DNA of 63,838 nucleotides, counting the filler, from Basidiobolus ranarum (taxonomy: Eukaryota): assembly GCA_040143965.1 (NCBI GenBank). It is 17 parts of 17 records of this genome, joined end to end, with 100 filler letters (N's around TTAATTAATTAA, not from the genome) between each part and the next. Parts side by side here need not be neighbours in the genome. Positions count along the whole stretch, not along the records: positions 11,320 to 14,987 come from JASJQH010002341.1; positions 15,088 to 18,751 come from JASJQH010002342.1; positions 18,852 to 22,514 come from JASJQH010002343.1; positions 22,615 to 26,276 come from JASJQH010002344.1; 13 more parts are not named here. One strand, 5' to 3'. Within the stretch, counting starts at the first letter, position 1, and the number at the start of each line of letters is the position of its first letter. The notes under the pieces were generated by a model. The model ran no database searches. It was not told the DNA's origin and worked only from the letters and a program-made list of their open reading frames with translations. This document shows, in pieces, positions 11,480-23,414 of the stretch. The position numbers and the translations under genes were made by a program.

Positions 11480-13340
11480 GGGTACCTTCAAAAGTATGGA
11501 TCAGATTAAATTGTAGCATTAATTGGTCTTTCCATATTTCAAAGATGTAGGGGAACTCTGCTTAAGGTACACAGAGTTAGGATCAATCTTTGATCTGATG
11601 TGATATTCAGAAGCAATTTAGGGAAAACATATTGAAGGCAGGTGATCCAGAACAAAATACTTATTTCACTGCCCAAATGAGGCTATTTCTTAGAATTCAA
11701 AGAAATGACATATGGTGGCACTTTAAGCAACAGAAGCAGAATACATGGATGCTTGCATACTAAGAACAAAAACTACACAGTTAAGAAAATTTTAAATATA
11801 TTTAGGCTATTTTCAAAATTTGCCAACTACAATATTTCAACATAATGAAAATAGTTTCAGAATAGCTGAAAGGTTAATGTCTCACACTAGAAGCAAACAT
11901 ATCAATACAAGACATTATTTCATTAGAGAAACTATAGAGAATGAGCTTATTGCCTTAACTTATTGTAACACAGAAAGCATGATTGCTAATATCAATGAAA
12001 CCATTAGCTAGGCAGTAATTTGTTTAATTTGCACATTCCTGAGGATTGTTCACATGACTATTTACTTGAGGGAGTGTGATGAACATACTATTGCCTAAAA
12101 GCATATATAGTTATGTATAGCTTAGTACCTAGTTGTGTTAAAACTCACTGAGATATTACCCATTATTCTCAATTGGAACTTACTTTGAATACTCTCACCA
12201 ACATACAAGTTCTCAGATATATTGGTTTTTTAAGCTAGTGCTGGAAGCCCAACACTTTGTACACATATTCCCAGGATCTTCCCTAAGACATTGTACACTT
12301 TTGTTTGCCTGCAGCTTGACAAATTTATACATGTTTACTTTCTACTCAATAAATCAATAAGTGAAAGCCACCAATTTCTCAAATTCTCTAAACCACTTCC
12401 AACAGGCTTCCAAATACTTCAACAATATATTGGTGAAATAGCAGATATCCAAGAACTAAGCTATATATGACTATATTGTGTTTAGGCAATATTGATATCA
12501 GCAAAGATGGCATTTTGAATGATTGGCTTACTGAGAAGATCTGCAAGGATCAGCCAGTTGGAATTGTGGAGCTAGAAGTCCTTAAAAAAGCTAGCAGACT
12601 TCACAATTGCTCTATGGCTTAAACAGTCCTCAAAGCTTGGAATAGTAGTATAGATGCTTTTTTGGAAATTCCCATATTCCAAAAGTAGTAAGCTGACTAT
12701 GGTATCTACTTCAGTAGAGATAAAACCAGCCCAATTTCATTAGCCTTTTATGTAGATGCTCATCTTATAGTAACAAATGACTTGAAAACTTTAGAAAAGA
12801 CCAAATCCAGCTCATCCACCAAACTCACCATGACAAGTCTTGGTAAACTGACATGCAATCTTGAAATCAGAATTAAGATAGATAGAATTACAAAAGAAAG
12901 CTTCAAGCAAATCTAAGTTTATCCTAGATACACTCAAGAAGCTCAAAATGGAAGAAAGTTATACATCATCTAATCCAATGGAGACAAATCTTAACTTGAT
13001 CACGAGTAGCTTAAATTGGAATTCTTGAATTCAAATCCAAGCCAGGAGCTTCCTTATCATTGTATAGTTGATAGTTTGACATATATCATTGTGGGAACAA
13101 GGCCAGATACTGCATATTCTGTGAGAGTTATATTGCACTAACTTCCAAATTACAGATTGGATCAAATTGTATCAGTCAAATGGTACTTTGGATTTTTCAA
13201 AGATACTGGGGATCTGAGCTTAATGCACACATATTTTGGATCTATCTTTAGTGGGATAGGATATCCAGATGCAAATTTGGGAAGATATACTGAAGGCAGG
13301 AGATGCACAACAGGATACTTGTTTCTTTGCTAAAGTGGGG
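11480..13340 (+). mobile_element. Copia RT/RNase H fragments with 3' LTR family B (~12075-12424)
   Basis: SHTRSKHINTRHYFIRE and YCNTESMIA are followed by PPT TTGAGGGAG and an LTR ending CAAATACTTCAACA. A downstream RT remnant contains YGLKQS, LYVD and GTRPD. Confidence 0.85.
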
Positions 13341-13736
13341 CTATTTAGTGTGGCCACAGAACTATCTGCTGTATAAGTCATGAAGATATCTTTCATCCCC
13401 TGCCACAACTTTTGAATTCCAATCAGCCAGTAAGCTTTATACAGCAACTGAACAGCAGTCACAATAGATATGCTGATGAAGTTCATGGCCTTGCTGGAAA
13501 GACACTCAAGTTTGCTGTTGCAATAGTGCATATTGTGGGCTATTGTTCTATCTTGTAGCTATTTATATAGTGTGATGAACTATCTTGTGGTTAAAATGCA
13601 TATCAATGGGGAATTTGCAATACTCAGCTATGTTGCTCACAGGGTATTATGCTATATACATCATCTCCATTCTGGCAGATTTCTTAATAGATAACTCTTG
13701 CAACACAATCTGACTGTATTACTTTGTATGCATTTC

Positions 13737-14800
13737 TATTGAAACTAGGTAAACAGCAACTCATTATTCAGTAGTTGCTTTGTTGATATTCTGATTATTT
13801 AACACTCAATCTGCCATTCAAAATGTGTGTTTATTGCTGTAACTGATAGAAAAAACAATTAGATCACATTTAACAATTTTTGCTATTTTCTCACAACATC
13901 TCCACATCACCTCATATTTTGATCCATGCTTAACAGGAATGTTTGGTTTGATCTAAGTACATTCAATAGTCCTATTTTATAGTAAACTATAAGTAGGACA
14001 TATTGAATTCATAAAACTTAGGTATCTAATTCACAAATCTAAATCTTGTCCAAAACACTTCTAAATCTCCTAAACACTTTTATCAGGTTCTGAGCCCCAA
14101 GCTAGCTTTTAAAGGAATGTCCTCAAGTACTATTACCAAGGTCTTGCATCCCCAGAGAAGTTTGATGGTGAAGCCCTTCACCTTTGGCAGTTCAAGATGC
14201 AAATGGTGCTAAAAGACAAGGCCCATTGGGGATTTGTTGCAGGAGAAGAAATAGAGCCAAAGGGACCACCAGAAGTATTCCTTGACTTTCAAAAGAAGCA
14301 GAGGAAAGCATTCTATACACTTTGTTTACATCTCAGAGACTCTCAATTGAGGCACATTCAAGCAGCTAATAGCATCCAAAATGCTTGGGAAACACTGGAG
14401 GGACTATATGAGACTAAAAGTCCAGCTAATAGGCTATATCTTAGGTGAATAATATACTTACTTCAGACAAATTCTCATGATTCTATGCTTATTCATATAA
14501 ACTAGATAAAAACTATGGCACATCTGCTCTCATCAATTGTGGCACCTCTAAATGGCTATGAATTAGTAATGACACTACTCTGGAGCCTGCCAGACAAGTT
14601 TGGGAACCTCCTAATTTCCCTAGAATCAAGATTAGAGCCATTAAATATGGGATATATATTTGTGCTAGGCTTTGGAATCAGGATTTACAGAGCTCTAACT
14701 GTGAGTAAAATGTTGGAGAACAAGCTTTTTTTGGAGCAGTAAGATGTCTAATTAGCTTCAACATTGGTGCCCCTAATAGGAGATCAATTATCTGCAACTC
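13737..14800 (+). mobile_element. Copia 5' end: LTR family A (13737-14085), PBS and degenerate gag
   Basis: Junction reads ...CACTTTTATCA|GGTTCTGAGCCCC. Gag contains EKFDGEALHLWQFKMQMVLKDK and LLWSLPDKF. Confidence 0.9.
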
Positions 14801-15087
14801 ATATTGGCAGATCTCAGGCAGATAAAATGACTGTGCAAAGATTTTGTAATTGGATATGAAAAACTTTATTACAGGCTTAAAGAAGATAGACTGAATCTAT
14901 GCCAGTATTCAATACATTCCCTGCTGCATCTTTCACAATGCTTAGAGATTATAGGCTCTTGCCATACTTTCTGGGAGTTTCCAATGGNNNNNNNNNNNNN
15001 NNNNNNNNNNNNNNNNNNNNNNNNNNNNNNNTTAATTAATTAANNNNNNNNNNNNNNNNNNNNNNNNNNNNNNNNNNNNNNNNNNNN

Positions 15088-16208
15088 TGGCGCGAAGTCC
15101 GGGTATGGTTGTGGTGGTAGGCAATTAATACCGACGACCCAAACGATCCATTGTCATACCGTTTGGCAATGCTGAAAATCCAATATCAACAAGCTTCTTG
15201 GGGTTCAATGAGCGATGGCGATATCTATCATTGGGTTAGATGGGTAAGTCAAAACCTACGATCGATTGTCAAACACCTTACCTGCAGGTGGCTATAGGCT
15301 TAGGCAAAACAACGCCGGCAGTATAAGTAGCTTGGAAAATTCCTTCTAGATGAACACGACGGGTAATTTCTTTGATAAGAAGTGGAGCCAAGCGTTTACT
15401 ACGGAGTTTCTTGTGAATACACAAAAAGTTGATTTCCACCAGATGACGTACACTTTGGTCAAGAGAAGGATTAGGCCCTTGATGATCGGAAGCCTATTTA
15501 TAATAGTAAAGTTACCTCGAACGAATTTTAAGGTCAGCAGGAATTCCTGAGATAAAAGCAACCAGCTTGTTGTTTGTAGTGGCACGGACACCTAAATGCC
15601 AAGCTTTCTTCCAACCAGGAGGCTTCAGTGCCCTATGTCAAATGGCAGATTGTAAGCATGTTACAGAAAAGATTGTTGTAACTATACTGAACATATTTAC
15701 CAAGAAATGAATTCAGGAATGTAATCGAAACGGAAAGTAGCATCATCGTCTTCTACATAATTGAGAGAAAGTAGAGTATAAACTTCTCTCAACTAAAAGT
15801 AACTTGAGTAAACTAGAAGGTAGCTTAAGATTTTCTTTAGAGAAAAAAAATACTTGTTCAGAATCCTCCAGATCAACTAGGACCCATTCGAAACTTCCAG
15901 GCAATGGATACGGGGCTTGGCGTACTTCTTGGGTAGGTTTGTCTGTTTGAATAGCTCCTTCAATAGTCACAGTTTCGTCTAGAGTCGAGGGACACAAATA
16001 AATAACATATTTCAAACAGGTAGTATAGCTTCAGCTTAATCATCCTACCATATTGTGGGACTGGTTGAGTTTTCCAAAACTTATGTTCGGCTACCTTTTT
16101 TTCTTCTTGCTGACTAGAACCAAGTCTCTGCATAGCAAGTTGCTGCAACAATTCTTTCATTCTGTTTGCTTCATCAGCATCACCATTTGGTTTCTTTGGA
16201 TCGGACAT
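15088..16208 (-). CDS. NMT1: Glycylpeptide N-myristoyltransferase, 5' part. Exons 16049-16208, 15854-15978, 15701-15792, 15516-15632, 15282-15452, 15088-15224. In-frame TAA at 15125-15127
   Basis: The spliced product contains [59 protein letters not shown] and [11 protein letters not shown]. All five introns are GT-AG. Confidence 0.95.
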
Positions 16209-16379
16209 GACCTCAAACTTATCACAGAAAGTCAATTGATGGAAATAGAGGGTGACGAGTTACAGGTAACTAAACACTTTTCACTTTTTATCTCAAGGAA
16301 TTATGCTACAATAAATGGACAATTATCACATGCTATGAAATTCAATAATTTATTAAAGCCTTATTTAAATGTATATAAA

Positions 16380-17109
16380 TTAATCAGACTTCTTGCTATT
16401 GCGATGATCATAAAAGGAGACCTTCTGGTAAAGAGTAGCCCACTCGCGTGTCAACACATATGATGGAATGAAGACCCAGATACAGTTCATGGTAACGAAG
16501 TAAAACCAATAATAGAGGGGATGGGGATCACTATGAGGACTGCCTAGGAAAAAGGTGGTGGCGAAGTATAAGATGACTCCATACAGTTGGCAGATGGAAA
16601 CTGACAACAAACTAATATGGCGACCAGGTGATTTGGTATAGATAGCATATGCGGAGTAAAATGCCAACGGGCCATCGATATACTAAACAAATTGATTGGT
16701 TTTGTTAGGCTACGATTCATATTAGGTTACTTATTATACATACCGCAGTGATTCGCTCCATACTCAACATGAAGGAGTCGCTACTGAGATATCGAGAGTC
16801 TCCCTTGGAGTATTCCTTCCAAACCTGGCCTAAAATAGATTGATCTCCGGCAAGAGAGTCGTAGTTTAGCACGTAATAACCCTCGAGGCCTATGTGGATG
16901 GTTCCCGATAATATACACCACATGTATATCAAGCGGTCACGATTGCTGATACTTTTATTCCGAAGAATGAACATCGCAGCAGTCAACAAGATCACTGCGA
17001 AGGAGCCAAAGACTACGGCCAAGATGTATGCTGTCCCATGGGAATTAGGGACAAAATGTGGTAAATGGAGGTCCCTTGGGAAATATGGGTGACTGTAATT
17101 AGTGGTCAT
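16380..17109 (-). CDS. EBP: Emopamil-binding protein / sterol delta8-delta7 isomerase (exons 16744-17109 and 16380-16682, ~222 aa)
   Basis: Contains HPYFP, W..LSG.IH..LEGY, WKEYSKGDSRYL, ME.ITA..DGPL, QLYG..LYF and YYWFYFV.MN.IW..IP. The 61-nt intron is GT-AG. Confidence 0.93.
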
Positions 17110-17680
17110 AGCTGATTAGTATTATGTGCATATAGGGTACTATTTATACTAGCTACATATATTGTTGCGATTTTGTGGAAAAACCTGTTATTCCGGAGTG
17201 GACAAACCATAATCTCCGCCGACCTCAAATGCTAACTCGCAAATGTTGAACTATGATCACAGAATAGAACTACAGAATCTGGACTTTAGCTACTATAACA
17301 TAATATGAGTTATATGTGAGTAGACAAGCAAAGCCATCTATTAGTTTTTTCTCCTTTTTTATCACATCAACTATTGAGTGTAATCCTGCACCAATGCATA
17401 CAGTAATGTGAAGTGATATTAAAATTAACCCTGAACCAATTTTCCACCTAGAGTAAATCAGATGAGGAAGGTCCAATTAATATGTGGTTACCTAGCTCTG
17501 ACCCTAGCCTATCTTCTTTCATTGACCAAGAATTATCTGATATGTGTTTAATCCTGACTCTACAAATTTCAGTTGGCATGGGCTTTTGTTTGCCAAAGCC
17601 CACTCATGAATGACAAATAATATATTCAAAGTAACAGCTGTGCCTTTCTGCATCTTTGAGAATGGTCCAAAGTTTGATAT

Positions 17681-17986
17681 TGCTAAAGTATTTGGGAGCC
17701 TGTTGGAAGTGGTTGGGAGAATTAGAGAAATTGGTGGTTTTCACTTATTGATTTATTGGGTTGAAAGTTGACATTATAGTTTTGTCAAGATGTAAGCAAA
17801 CTAACGTGTAGAATGTGTTAAAAAAAGGTCCCAGGAACATGTGTGCAAAGTTTGGGGCTTTTAGCGCAAGTTTGAAAAGTCTATATATCTGAGAACTTCT
17901 AAGTAAATTCTGATTAATAATGGGTTTTATCTTAGTTCAGTATAGGATAACTAAATATCGGTGTTTAGGTAATGCTAATTTCAACA
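17681..17986 (-). repeat. Solo LTR family B with TSD GATAT
   Basis: TG...CA termini, with GATAT at 17676-17680 and 17987-17991. Confidence 0.88.
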
Positions 17987-18065
17987 GATATGAGGGTGAG
18001 TGGCTCAAATTTTAAATAGATAATACAGATATTAATTTGTTACTGACTGAAAGTAAATAACATGT

Positions 18066-18385
18066 TGTTGAAGTATTTGGCAGTCTGTTAGAAGTGGTTT
18101 GGAGAACTAGAAGAATTGATGGTTCTTACTCATTGATTTATTGAGTAGAGAGTTGACATTTATAGTTCTGTCAAAATCTAGACAAACAAACGTGTAGAAT
18201 GTGTTACAAAAGGTCCCAGCAACATGTATGCAAAGTTTAGGGCCTCTAGGACCAGTTTGAAAATCTATATATCTTGAAACTTCTAAGTAAATCCCTCTTG
18301 AGGTGATATCTTGGTAAAATATGGAATAGCTAAATACTAAGCTATATATGACTATATAGGTGCTTATCTTATGCTAATTTCAACA
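18066..18385 (-). repeat. Solo LTR family B with TSD CATGT
   Basis: TGTTGAAG...TTTCAACA, with CATGT at 18061-18065 and 18386-18390. Confidence 0.9.
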
Positions 18386-19126
18386 CATGTGTCAAGAAAA
18401 GATACTTGAGCAATGAAGTAAAAGCTAACCTGCAGTTAGCAGCTCACAATGCACGTGATTGTTTCAACCAGATTCTCGTTGATTTCGAAACCGTACGGTT
18501 TGGTTAAAAAACCTAGCGCTGATTCTCAGTAGCCATAAATGGCTATTTTACCCATTATAAAGATATGTTTGAAGTTACTCAACATTCTGCTTCTAGATCA
18601 TCAACTTGTTACTCCATGTTCTGCCTCCGGATTATCACTTGCCAATACGCTTTATGTGAAATAGCTCATCTCAAAGCTAATCCTACCTAGTGATAGCCAC
18701 TAAACATCCATGTTCTTTAACCCTAACCCTGACTTGTGTATTACTGGCTACNNNNNNNNNNNNNNNNNNNNNNNNNNNNNNNNNNNNNNNNNNNNTTAAT
18801 TAATTAANNNNNNNNNNNNNNNNNNNNNNNNNNNNNNNNNNNNNNNNNNNNTACTAAAGTGGCAGGGGTCCCAAAGATGACACAAGTATTTGAATTTTAC
18901 ATCAATAGACCGAATATGCTTTGGGATAGATGTATCTGCCTACCTTTGAGATTTATAAATATCAATTGCTTTCCAGACATGATACTGTCACTTAGCAATG
19001 AAATAATGACATCTGGATAACAAGTAATGTGCATCGATTTAACGAATTGTAATAATCTCATTTATTAAGATCGTACTATGAGCAAGACATAACGGTAGAA
19101 TATTTCTCATCCTTACGATCGATATA

Positions 19127-19559
19127 TTAGTTACATCCGGTAGATCCACTCTTGTTAGTCTTGTACCAGCTGCATGAGGCTCTATAGGTGCTATTGTAAG
19201 CACTCTGCTGAGGAATAGGGCAGTCAACCATGCAAATGCCAGCACTGGTCATGAATGGGATAAAGTTGGGGTTAGCACGATCACATTGTAAAGCCAAGGA
19301 TTTCACGAAGAAAGGGCTGGTAAGATCACTACTGTAATCATCAAACAATTGGATACCAGCTTGCTATTAGCACGACAAAGTGATTTTTACATGTTAATAC
19401 AAGTTTTCAATGCCTTGAGGGAAATTGTGAACCTACCATGTTACATCCATCGATGCAACCACCAGCAGAAGGAATGTTGTAGCAATTGGCAGGGGCGGCA
19501 TCAATGACGCTCATGGCACCCAAGACAGAAAGAAGAAGACAGAAGACCTTTGAAGACAT
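19127..19559 (-). CDS. Small secreted cysteine-rich protein, copy 1 (exons 19437-19559 and 19127-19363; 119 aa, 8 Cys in the mature part)
   Basis: Signal peptide MSSKVFCLLLSVLGAMSVIDA. A 73-nt GTAGGT...TAG intron joins in frame to QAGIQLFDDYSSDLTSPFFVKSLALQC. Near-identical paralogues are adjacent. Confidence 0.9.
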
Positions 19560-19939
19560 GATGAAATGAATTGCTTGGATACTTTTTGAGTAGAATTTTT
19601 TCTCTTTTATAAAGATAGTAGGTATCATGTTGTTGCTGCTTCGAAGCATGTTACTTGTCCGGACAATATAGTGAATCTTTTACCGATATCATTCCATGGC
19701 AAGATGCTAACCTGCCGTGTCACTTCGGTGCTCTTCACTTATTTCGACACATAGCACTTTAATGCATATTAAACCAAGGCTGTGCCAATGGTCATACCTC
19801 ATGACCATGCTGTATCATTTACCTAGCCTGTGATAAAAACTTCAGAAGTGTCTAGTTCCAGTAATTTTCTCTTCTGTTTCACTTGCTCAATGGGGCAAAA
19901 TTTTATAAGGTAATAATCTTAGTAAACTAACATGATTCG

Positions 19940-20145
19940 ATCAGATAACACCTGTTTGAAATTTTTATTTTACTTGATAATATATACATTTACGGTGTAC
20001 GAACGTAAAAGGATGTAGCGAGTGAGTTTTGGGTGCATGTTGGTAGGAATAATTGGTCATAAATCATTATCAGATTTGGCAGTTGTAAGTATTGGGCAAA
20101 GTTCCCCAATATAGAAAATCAGATAATTAAAGAAATTTATCTGAT
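19940..20145. promoter_or_regulatory. Cluster of four ATCWGATAA (SreA/Sre1/Fep1-type GATA) sites upstream of copy 1
   Basis: ATCAGATAA at 19940 and 20118, TTATCAGAT at 20067, TTATCTGAT at 20137. Confidence 0.65.
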
Positions 20146-20928
20146 GTAAACTCAGTAAGCTATTATTAAAGGGAGAATATTGAATACTAAACAAATTTAA
20201 CACTACAGAATAATAGGATGCAATCAGCATATAGATCACCTTTACCTATTGAATTCTTGAACTGAATAGATGTCGTATTTGATGAATGGATTATTTACCA
20301 AGAATTGACAAATTATTGTGAATACTGTCCACTAAAGAATGATGAAGCTTGATTTGATGTCTGGCATTATAAATTGTCTGAAACGATTCATTATCAAAAG
20401 GGCACACCTTTGACTAATTATGGTTGAAAGTATGGTGATATTAGTCAACAATTGTGTACGGGTATCCGAAGATCCACTACGTTACACACCAACGCGTGTA
20501 AATCATAGCTCTTTCAAACCTGTAGTGTAACAGTAGTCAATTTGAGAATACTCCGGATTTGAGTTCAAATTATATCCATTGCATAATAAAACTTGAACGA
20601 TTCTCAATTACGGACAAAGAGAGTAATGGAACTATGTCTAATTCAAAAGATAATTGTGGGAACACAGCATGCTAACTATATGAAATGACATCGAGCTAAT
20701 GTATAACGATAGATGTTAATGAATATACACAGCATGAATATCTATCAATTCTTGAGATTTGTTAATATTAATTACTTTCGGAACATTACTGCCACTTAAC
20801 TACGAAAAAGCCATTTGGATAATAAGCAATGTATACCGATTTAACGAATTGTAGTAATCTCATTTATTAGCACCATACTATTATCAAGACATAACGGTAG
20901 AATATTTCTCATTCTGACGACCAATATA

Positions 20929-21361
20929 TTAGTTACATCCAGTAGATCCATTCTTGTTAGTCTTGTACCAGCTGCATGAGGCTCTATAGGTGCTATTGTA
21001 AGCACTCTGCTGAGGAATAGGGCAGTCAACCATGCAAATTCCAGCACTGGTCATGAATGGGATAAAGTTGGGGTTAGCACGATCACATTGTAAAGCCAAG
21101 GATTTCACGAAGAAAGGACTGGTAAGATCACTGCTGTAGTCATCAAACAATTGGATACCTGCTTGCTATTAGCGTGACAAAGTAATGTTTACATGTTAAT
21201 ATAAATCTTCAACGCTTTGAGGGAAATTTTGAACCTACCATATTACATCCGTCGATGCAACCACCAGCAGAAGGAATGTTGTAGCAATTGGCAGGGGCAG
21301 CATCGATAACGCTCATGGCACCCAAGACAGAAAGAAGAAAGCAGAAGACCTTTGAAGACAT
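20929..21361 (-). CDS. Small secreted cysteine-rich protein, copy 2 (exons 21239-21361 and 20929-21165; 119 aa)
   Basis: Same exon structure, offset by 1802 bp from copy 1. Only two amino-acid differences are visible (L8F and S>N near the C-terminus). Confidence 0.9.
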
Positions 21362-21687
21362 GATGAATTATATGTTTTGTTGTAATGTGATAGGGAGCAG
21401 TATCCGCCATTTTATAGGAAAAGATACTGCGCGTAAACCTTCGTTGTAAGTTACCATTTCATTATTATATCAGTACATCAAAATCACAATATGTGTGTCA
21501 ATTAAAGGTTTGTTAGTTGTGATTTCTTGTTAATGCAAGAACAAGTGATATTGGGGCGAATCGCCACGCTCACTGTCTGAAATCATGGTATACACTTCAA
21601 CCACTTTCTAAGTGCCTAGCTCCAATTGTACTCTCTTGTGTTCCACGTGTGTTATCGATCTTATACGGCAAATACTAGCATAAGTAG

Positions 21688-21951
21688 ATCAGATAAAGAT
21701 TTATCCTTTAGTGACTCATATATATGCCGCGTAACTCAATGAGGTGGATGTCAGGCTTCCTTTAGCAGCGGATCACTCCCACGAAGGGTGCAAGGCCAAT
21801 GATCAATACAGAATACTTACCCCGATGGAACTTCATCCATTAAAAGGTGTATCGAGTGAGTTATCAGTGCATGTTGTTGAAGAAACCTGGCTCAGTATCA
21901 AGAGCGGTTACCAAAAGTAGCAGATCAGATTATTTGTGATATTTATCTGAT
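21688..21951. promoter_or_regulatory. ATCWGATAA sites upstream of copy 2
   Basis: Perfect sites are ATCAGATAA at 21688 and TTATCTGAT at 21943. Near-matches TTATCAGTG (21861) and ATCAGATTA (21924) sit at positions corresponding to those of copy 1. Confidence 0.6.
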
Positions 21952-22403
21952 GTAAAACTATTAATGGATTATTATTTAAAAGAGTAGATGTGGAAGTACT
22001 GTATGCTAATAATATGGAATGGCATCTAGCTGATCTGCCAGATAAATAACATCATTCATGGTTAAAGGAGTATGTGTGGGTATTGAAGTCAACCAACGAC
22101 AAGAGCTTCCTTAAAACCCCATCCCCCACAACTTAGATGAAGCGTAAAAAAATTATTAACTCGGTTACTAAGGTTGTAGGGGTCCCAAAAATTAAGATAA
22201 AAGTATTTGAACTTTTTTTTGCTATTAGATTTTGCATCATCGATTGCTTTCCGAACATGATACTGTCACTGGAAAACAAATAAAGTCATTTGGATAACAA
22301 GTAATGCACATTGATTTAACAAATTGTAATCATCTCTTTTATTAATATGGTGCCATGAGCAAGACATAACGGTGGAATGTTTCTCATTCTGACGACTGAT
22401 ATA

Positions 22404-22514
22404 TTAGTTACATCCAGTAGATCCATTCTTGTTGGTCTTGTACCAGCTGCATGAGGCTCTGTAGGTGCTATTGTAAGCACTCTGCTGAGGAATAGGGCAG
22501 TCAACCATGCAAAT
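22404..22514 (-). CDS. Small secreted cysteine-rich protein, copy 3 (3' fragment, cut by contig end)
   Basis: ICMVDCPIPQQSAYNSTYRASCSWYKTNKNGSTGCN* is identical to copy 2. Confidence 0.85.
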   Translation of the reverse strand: MCMVDCPIPQQSAYNSTYRASCSWYKTNKNGSTGCN

Positions 22515-22614
22515 NNNNNNNNNNNNNNNNNNNNNNNNNNNNNNNNNNNNNNNNNNNNTTAATTAATTAANNNNNNNNNNNNNNNNNNNNNNNNNNNNNN
22601 NNNNNNNNNNNNNN

Positions 22615-23414
22615 AACAACAGAAGCTGAATACATGGCCACCTGTGAAGCAACAAAAGAAGCAATAAGGTTAAGAAAGCTCTTAACAGATTTAGGTTATT
22701 CTCAAAATTCACCAACTACAATATTCCAAGATAATCAAAGTTGTATGAAATTAGCTAAATATCTATTTGAGGGAGAGTGTTGAGATTAGAAGCCCCAAAC
22801 TTTGCACACATGTTTGTGGGACCTTTCTTAGCACATTTTACATGTTAGTTTGTTTACATCTTGACAAATCTGTAAATATCAACTTTCAACTGAATAAATC
22901 AACAAGTGAAAACCACCAATTCCTCCAATTCTCCAAACCACTTCCAACAGGCTCCCAAATACTTTAACAGACAATTGGTTACATCCAATTACTCAGAAGA
23001 GGGAAAAGTTCCATAAATTTGAGAAGTAGACATCACAGAGAGTCCAAGCTTGGGGCTCATAATCTGTTTATAGAATTTGGGAGCCTGTTGGAGGTTTCTT
23101 GGAGCATTAGAGAAACTGCTAGGTTTCACTTATTAATTTATTGAGCAGAAAGTTGACATTTACAGCTTTGTGAAGATGTAAACAAAACAATTTATATTGT
23201 GTGTTAAGGAATGTTCCAGGAACAGATGCACCAGGTTGTGGGTTTACAGCACAAGTATGAAAAATCCATATATCTGAGAACTTTTAAGATAGTGTCAATA
23301 TTCTAAGTAAGTTCCAATTGAGAATAATGGATAATATCTTAGTGAAATATGTGATAACTAAAGACTAAGCTATATATGACTATGTAGGTGCACAGGCAAT
23401 GCTAATTTCAAAAC
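22615..23414. mobile_element. Copia RNase H fragment with PPT and partial LTR-B (+), followed by an oppositely oriented LTR-B with PBS (~23050-23414)
   Basis: TTEAEYMATCEATKEAIRLRKL and QDNQSC are followed by TTTGAGGGAGAG|TGTTGAG. GGGGCTCATAATC is the reverse complement of the PBS. Confidence 0.82.

Noticed and set aside
19039-19245. Alternative-frame ORF (MLAFAWLTALF...) recurring at 20841 and 22316
   Set aside because: It overlaps the real exon 2 in another frame and starts at a non-ATG codon. Its recurrence is explained by duplication of the gene and its 3' UTR.
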